A stretch of DNA of 63,322 nt, filler included, from Nemertoderma westbladi (taxonomy: Eukaryota; Animalia; Xenacoelomorpha): assembly GCA_032718475.1 (NCBI GenBank). It is 3 parts of 3 records of this genome, joined end to end, with 100 filler letters (N's around TTAATTAATTAA, not from the genome) between each part and the next. Parts side by side here need not be neighbours in the genome. Positions count along the whole stretch, not along the records: positions 52,738 to 63,322 come from JAUCBJ010000808.1; 2 more parts are not named here. One strand, given 5' to 3'. Position numbers and translations under genes: made by a program. The notes under the pieces were generated by a model. That model did not search any database. It was not told where the DNA came from and worked only from the letters and a program-made list of their open reading frames with translations. Shown here piece after piece: positions 59,015-63,322 of this stretch; within the stretch, counting starts at the first letter, position 1; every line of letters starts with the position of its first letter.

Positions 59015-59808
59015 TAGGGCTCGATCGGAGTTGGGATTTGGCCGGAGCCGGAGCCGGAGTTGGACAATTTGGCCGGAGCCGGAGCAGGAGCCGGAGTTTT
59101 TAAAAAATTTAATTATTTATTAAAAAAAAAATAAAGTATGGTTATCGTTCGTCAATCACTCATAATCAATCATACTGTAGGTCTAATTAATTTCATAATT
59201 TATAGATTTACGAATTTTCAATTTAAAATTTAAGTACCGGTAATTAATTTATCACGGACAGACGGCCTGACGCTGACGGCTAAAAATTACCTACAGTACG
59301 GTACCTAACTCACTAACTGTGGTAGACTGGTAGAGGTGTGTACTGTACTGCTGTAGGTAGCCTACCGTACTGCTGTACTGCCGTACGTGTACCAGTACTG
59401 CGTGACTTCAGTACAGTATGCAGTATGCTGGCATGACAGCAGTAAATGGCTGCAGTGGTACAGTGAACAATGTACAATCATAGCATTTACAATTTTTTAC
59501 AGTCTTACAGTAGGGCCTATCTGTAATGGTCTGCTAGTTAGCCAGCTGGCCAGTACCAGTACTGCAGTACAGTCAGTCAGTCATTGACTTTAAGTAAATA
59601 CTGTAGTGCAGTTATTATGCTTGATATTGAAGCTGTACTACAGTACCGGTACTACTTATAGTGTAAATAATTGTTCAGATTAGAATATGCACGAAATATA
59701 ATACTTTATTAAAAAATTAACTCCGGCAATATTTTTACCGGAGCCGGAGCAGGAGCCGGAGGTGCCAAAATGGCCGGAGCCGGAGGCCGGAGCTCCGATC
59801 GAGCCCTA
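59015..59808. mobile_element. hAT-type MITE, copy 2
   Basis: Same TIR; TSD TTCAAAAC; empty site at about 57488. Confidence 0.92.
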
Positions 59809-59992
59809 TTCAAAACTCTTATTTTTTGATATATTTTCGATTAAAAAAAGAAAATCCCGCCCGATCCAATTACCCAAGGCCCTGGAACAATTGGCTGATT
59901 TGAAGTCCAATATTGGACTCACAGAAGTCCAATTTTGGACTGAACTGAAGTCCAATTTTTGACTTCTCACTGACTGTCGGCGTTTTTATTTT

Positions 59993-60849
59993 GCCGGAGC
60001 TGGAGTGGAAAAAAAATTGCCGGAGTTTGACCGGAGCCGGAGTTTCTTTCCCTATGTGTATTTTCCCTATATCTGGGCCGGGTCGCCGTCATTAGTCTGT
60101 TAGTACTCATATCCGGGTCGCCGTCGTCGGTACTCATATCCGGGCACCGGGTCGCCATCGTTGCTACTTATATCCTGGCTGCCTGGTCAGCTGGTCGCGG
60201 ACAGAACTCCTATCATAATTCTCAGTCCATTCCCCTTCCAGAATTATAGTACATATCACATATCACATATAGGATATAGCTGTATAGTCAGATAGTAGTA
60301 CAGTAGCTTGAGGTGCGGGATTGTCAGACTGTGTATTCAAGCTGTCAGGTAGGCCTACCGCTACCAGTACAGCAGTTCCGGAATTAGATTAAGTCAGTGA
60401 GTACAGAAGTCAGGAAGTAGTACCGGTCAGCCGGTACTACTGTAGTACTACCAGTACCAGCCTGCCAGTAAATCTAAGTTATTCAGTATTACACTGCTCT
60501 ACCAGTCTACTGTAGTATAGTATAGTAATACTGTAATACTAATAATAGTAGTATCAAAGTAGTATATAGTCAGATAGTACCGCAGTACTACCGGCAGACC
60601 GGTACTGGACAGCTGGAGAAGGCTATTGGAGTACTATACACTGGAATATACTGCTGCCCCTGCCATATGCCTATACTAGCCTATCAGCCTATATATTACA
60701 GTATTATGTACATTAATATAAAATATACATTATTAAAAAATTTTAAAAAATTAAAAAAAACTCCGGCTCTGGTGATTTTTCTAACTGGCTCCGGTTCGGA
60801 GCCGGATGTAAGAAACTCCAGCCGGAGCCGGAACTCCAATCGAGCCCTA
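59993..60849. mobile_element. Related hAT-type MITE, one end missing
   Basis: Ends CTCCAATCGAGCCCTA; CCGGAG motifs at both sides. Confidence 0.6.
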
Positions 60850-61699
60850 GTTGCCATGCAAATCCGAGCTGGAGTTTTAAATTACAGAATTGATAACAAT
60901 TTAGCCAGTAATCAGGTACGGTAATTCAGTAGAATCCACTGTGTTGTACCGGTACCGTTCTTACTGCAGTACTGTACACTGTCAGACTGTACTGTACTAG
61001 ACAGCTAGTGTAGACTACTCATATGAACAGATGAATGATTCCGACTAAACTGAAGGCTTCATGATGACAAATTCTCGGTTGAACATAAACATGGCAGATG
61101 GCACATGGGGTAAAAGTAAACCCGAGAACAAAGTTGCCGAGTCCAAATAAACCAGGATTGGAAGGCGGATGTCCAATAAACTTCGAATGAAGACATCGAA
61201 GTCCAAACTTTGAACTTCGTTTTGTCGTTTAGACTCGATGTGGTTTCCATCTAACGGAGCATTTATCACCTTGAATGCCACACCATACTCATCGTCAAGC
61301 TTGCAGTTTCAGAGTTCAGTCGGTATCATTCAATGTTTAGTCTAGTACCGGTACAACGCAGTGTCTCCACACTGGTTGAATTGTTCCACACTACTCGGAT
61401 CTACTTCCATACAGTCATTTTAACAGATTTTTAGACTAATATAAAACATAATTTTTTATTATTTATATATATATATATATTAATTTTAATGCACCAATTG
61501 TATCAGTATGTATTTTTTTCCGTATAGTACATTACGTATAATTTGATTTCACTTAAAGGAGTGGAATTTATATTGTAATATTTTATTTCACCCATTAGTG
61601 TACTTTGTACCTGGGTGATGTTCTCCCTCTATATACTGGTTTCTTATTAAAATTATTTAATTATGTATAGAGGTGCTAATAATAATAATAATAATAAAA

Positions 61700-63300
61700 G
61701 GATCAGCATGCTGCATTGCAGCTGTATTTTTAAGAATGCTGTGCTGGCTTGTCGACAAAATTGTGCCGCCACAACTCCCTATCACCCATGACATTTGCTA
61801 GATCATCCGCATGTTCAAGGCCAGTGTCCTTTAATATGCGTCTCAAGAAAGTCATAGGCTGACCACCATGCTTATTCACTCCATGCAGCCATGAGGCTGT
61901 CAAAGTACAAGATTATGCACTGGCTGACTGGCTGGTCCTCTCGGCGAAAGCAATGTCCTGCAAAGCAGAGGCGATTTTGTTCTAGTGTCAAGCTTGGGGG
62001 AACCAATGTGTACTTGACACAATTAACCCGGCGTAGTATTCTTGTGAATGTGCCATCCAGAGATTTGGTGTCCTCAGCAGTTAGAACCCAGCATGTACTC
62101 CCATAGAGGAGTACTGGAACTACTGCTGCTCTAAATAATCAGACCTTAAGTTTTCGATTAATTCTCGGTGACTTCCAAATCCTGGAAAGCCTATTCAAGT
62201 CTGCCCATGTCTTTCCCTTACGTATTCGAAGGTCCTCATCTGATTTCCGGATCCATGATCCCAGGTAACAGAAGTCGTCCACATGCTCAAGCATACCATC
62301 CTTTGAGCTAATGCTCATCCGGTCAGGGACTTGTTGAGGACTTTCAAAGTTAACTGTCAAAAGTTTGGTCTTTCTGTAGTTAATAAAAAGACCAACACTA
62401 GAAGCAGCCTGTTCTAATGAGCTGAGGAGCCGTTGGGCTCCCTCTAGTGATTCTGAGAGTACTCCTAAGTTATCAGCAAAGTTAGGCGTCAGTTAGGTAC
62501 TTGGCAGGATTTCCTCGACTTCTGGAGCCAGTAGGTGGAGTTATCATCACCCCATCATCATTATGATGATCTAAGGACATGCGTCAAACATAGCCAACCA
62601 CTATTATGAACAAGAATGGTGCAAGTGTGTGCCAAAATGGGCTCCATGGTCCCACGACCTTTACGGAAGCCATTCTGATTTCCACGGAGCAGTCTCTCAA
62701 TGGGATCCCTGATGCGATTTAATAGAATTCTATTGTATAGCTTTGCAGCAATCGAGATAAATGAAATTCCCCGAAGAGAACCATAGAGTGTTAGACACTT
62801 TAAACACTCAGGCTGTCAGGTATTTTAAAGACCTCAGGGGGAACACCATCTACTCCACTGGTACGATTGGTCTTAATGCTCTTTGCAGCAGCCTTCACTT
62901 CTGCAAAGGAGATATTGCCATGGAAATATCTGGGAGTACAGACTCAGACACTTTTACTTCTATAAAGTTATCAGGCAATACCCTGCCATTATTGAGGAGC
63001 TTTTCAAAGTGGGCCTTCCAACCATTGAGGCGATCGACTGGTGATTCAGCCTTAACCTTGGTGGTTGGTTGGCTTTTCCGCCCAGTAAGCAAGTTGATCG
63101 ATTTCCATGCCTGGGATGATTGCCCGCTGTCATCAGCATCATTGATGGCATCAACCGTGGTTTATTAGCTCCTCTAGATTAACAAGAGTACTGCCTGTTC
63201 AGGGACCTAGATGCAGCCTTAACTGCATTCTTGGCCGCTGTAGTCTGTTTGAGTCGGGACTCTTTCTGCACCTTATAGCAATCCTACATACTGGTTGAAT
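61700..63300 (-). mobile_element. RTE-type LINE family A, longest copy (decayed RT to 3' end)
   Basis: TLAPFLFIIV, FADN and DDFCYLGSW..IRKGKTW..IWKS, followed by the family A 3' end. Confidence 0.9.
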
Positions 63301-63322
63301 CGTTATCTATTTCTCTGCATTT

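Larger units (their letters stand above)
54465..59978. mobile_element. TIR-bounded non-autonomous element present as a head-to-tail dimer
   Basis: Ends GACAGTCGGTGAGAAGTCAAAAATTGGACTTC and GAAGTCCAATTTTTGACTTCTCACTGACTGTC. Unit 54480-57630 repeats at 57640-59960. Palindromic AAGTCCAATATTGGACTT arrays lie at both ends and the junction; each unit carries an RTE-A 3' fragment. Confidence 0.7.

Overview
AT-rich, repeat-dense animal genomic DNA, probably from a marine invertebrate (an echinoderm-like deuterostome is a weak guess). It is three sequence blocks joined by artificial 100-nt N/TTAATTAATTAA spacers (23285-23384, 52638-52737). Host genes appear only as isolated exons: a class A GPCR (TM1-TM2), a Golgi carbohydrate sulfotransferase and a type II membrane protein. 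The rest is mobile DNA: a decayed Kolobok/'Mutator-like' transposon, two RTE-type LINE families, a CRE fragment, hAT/MULE/Kolobok-type MITEs, and 45-, 18- and 12-bp satellites. The main feature is a young 12-kb BEL/Pao LTR retrotransposon (29225-41243, TSD CGGGG). It keeps gag and protease but has lost RT, most of RNase H and integrase through in-frame deletions, and it carries a 3' accessory twin zinc-knuckle ORF. It has no tRNA primer-binding site; instead the 11 nt after the 5' LTR are the exact complement of an 11-mer inside the LTR, a candidate for Tf1-like self-priming. Other observations: a candidate Penelope-type minimal hammerhead ribozyme, a TIR-bounded tandem dimer with reciprocal MITE insertions, and many TA-duplicating micro-insertions that resemble transposon excision footprints. 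All family calls come from motif recognition by eye, not database searches.
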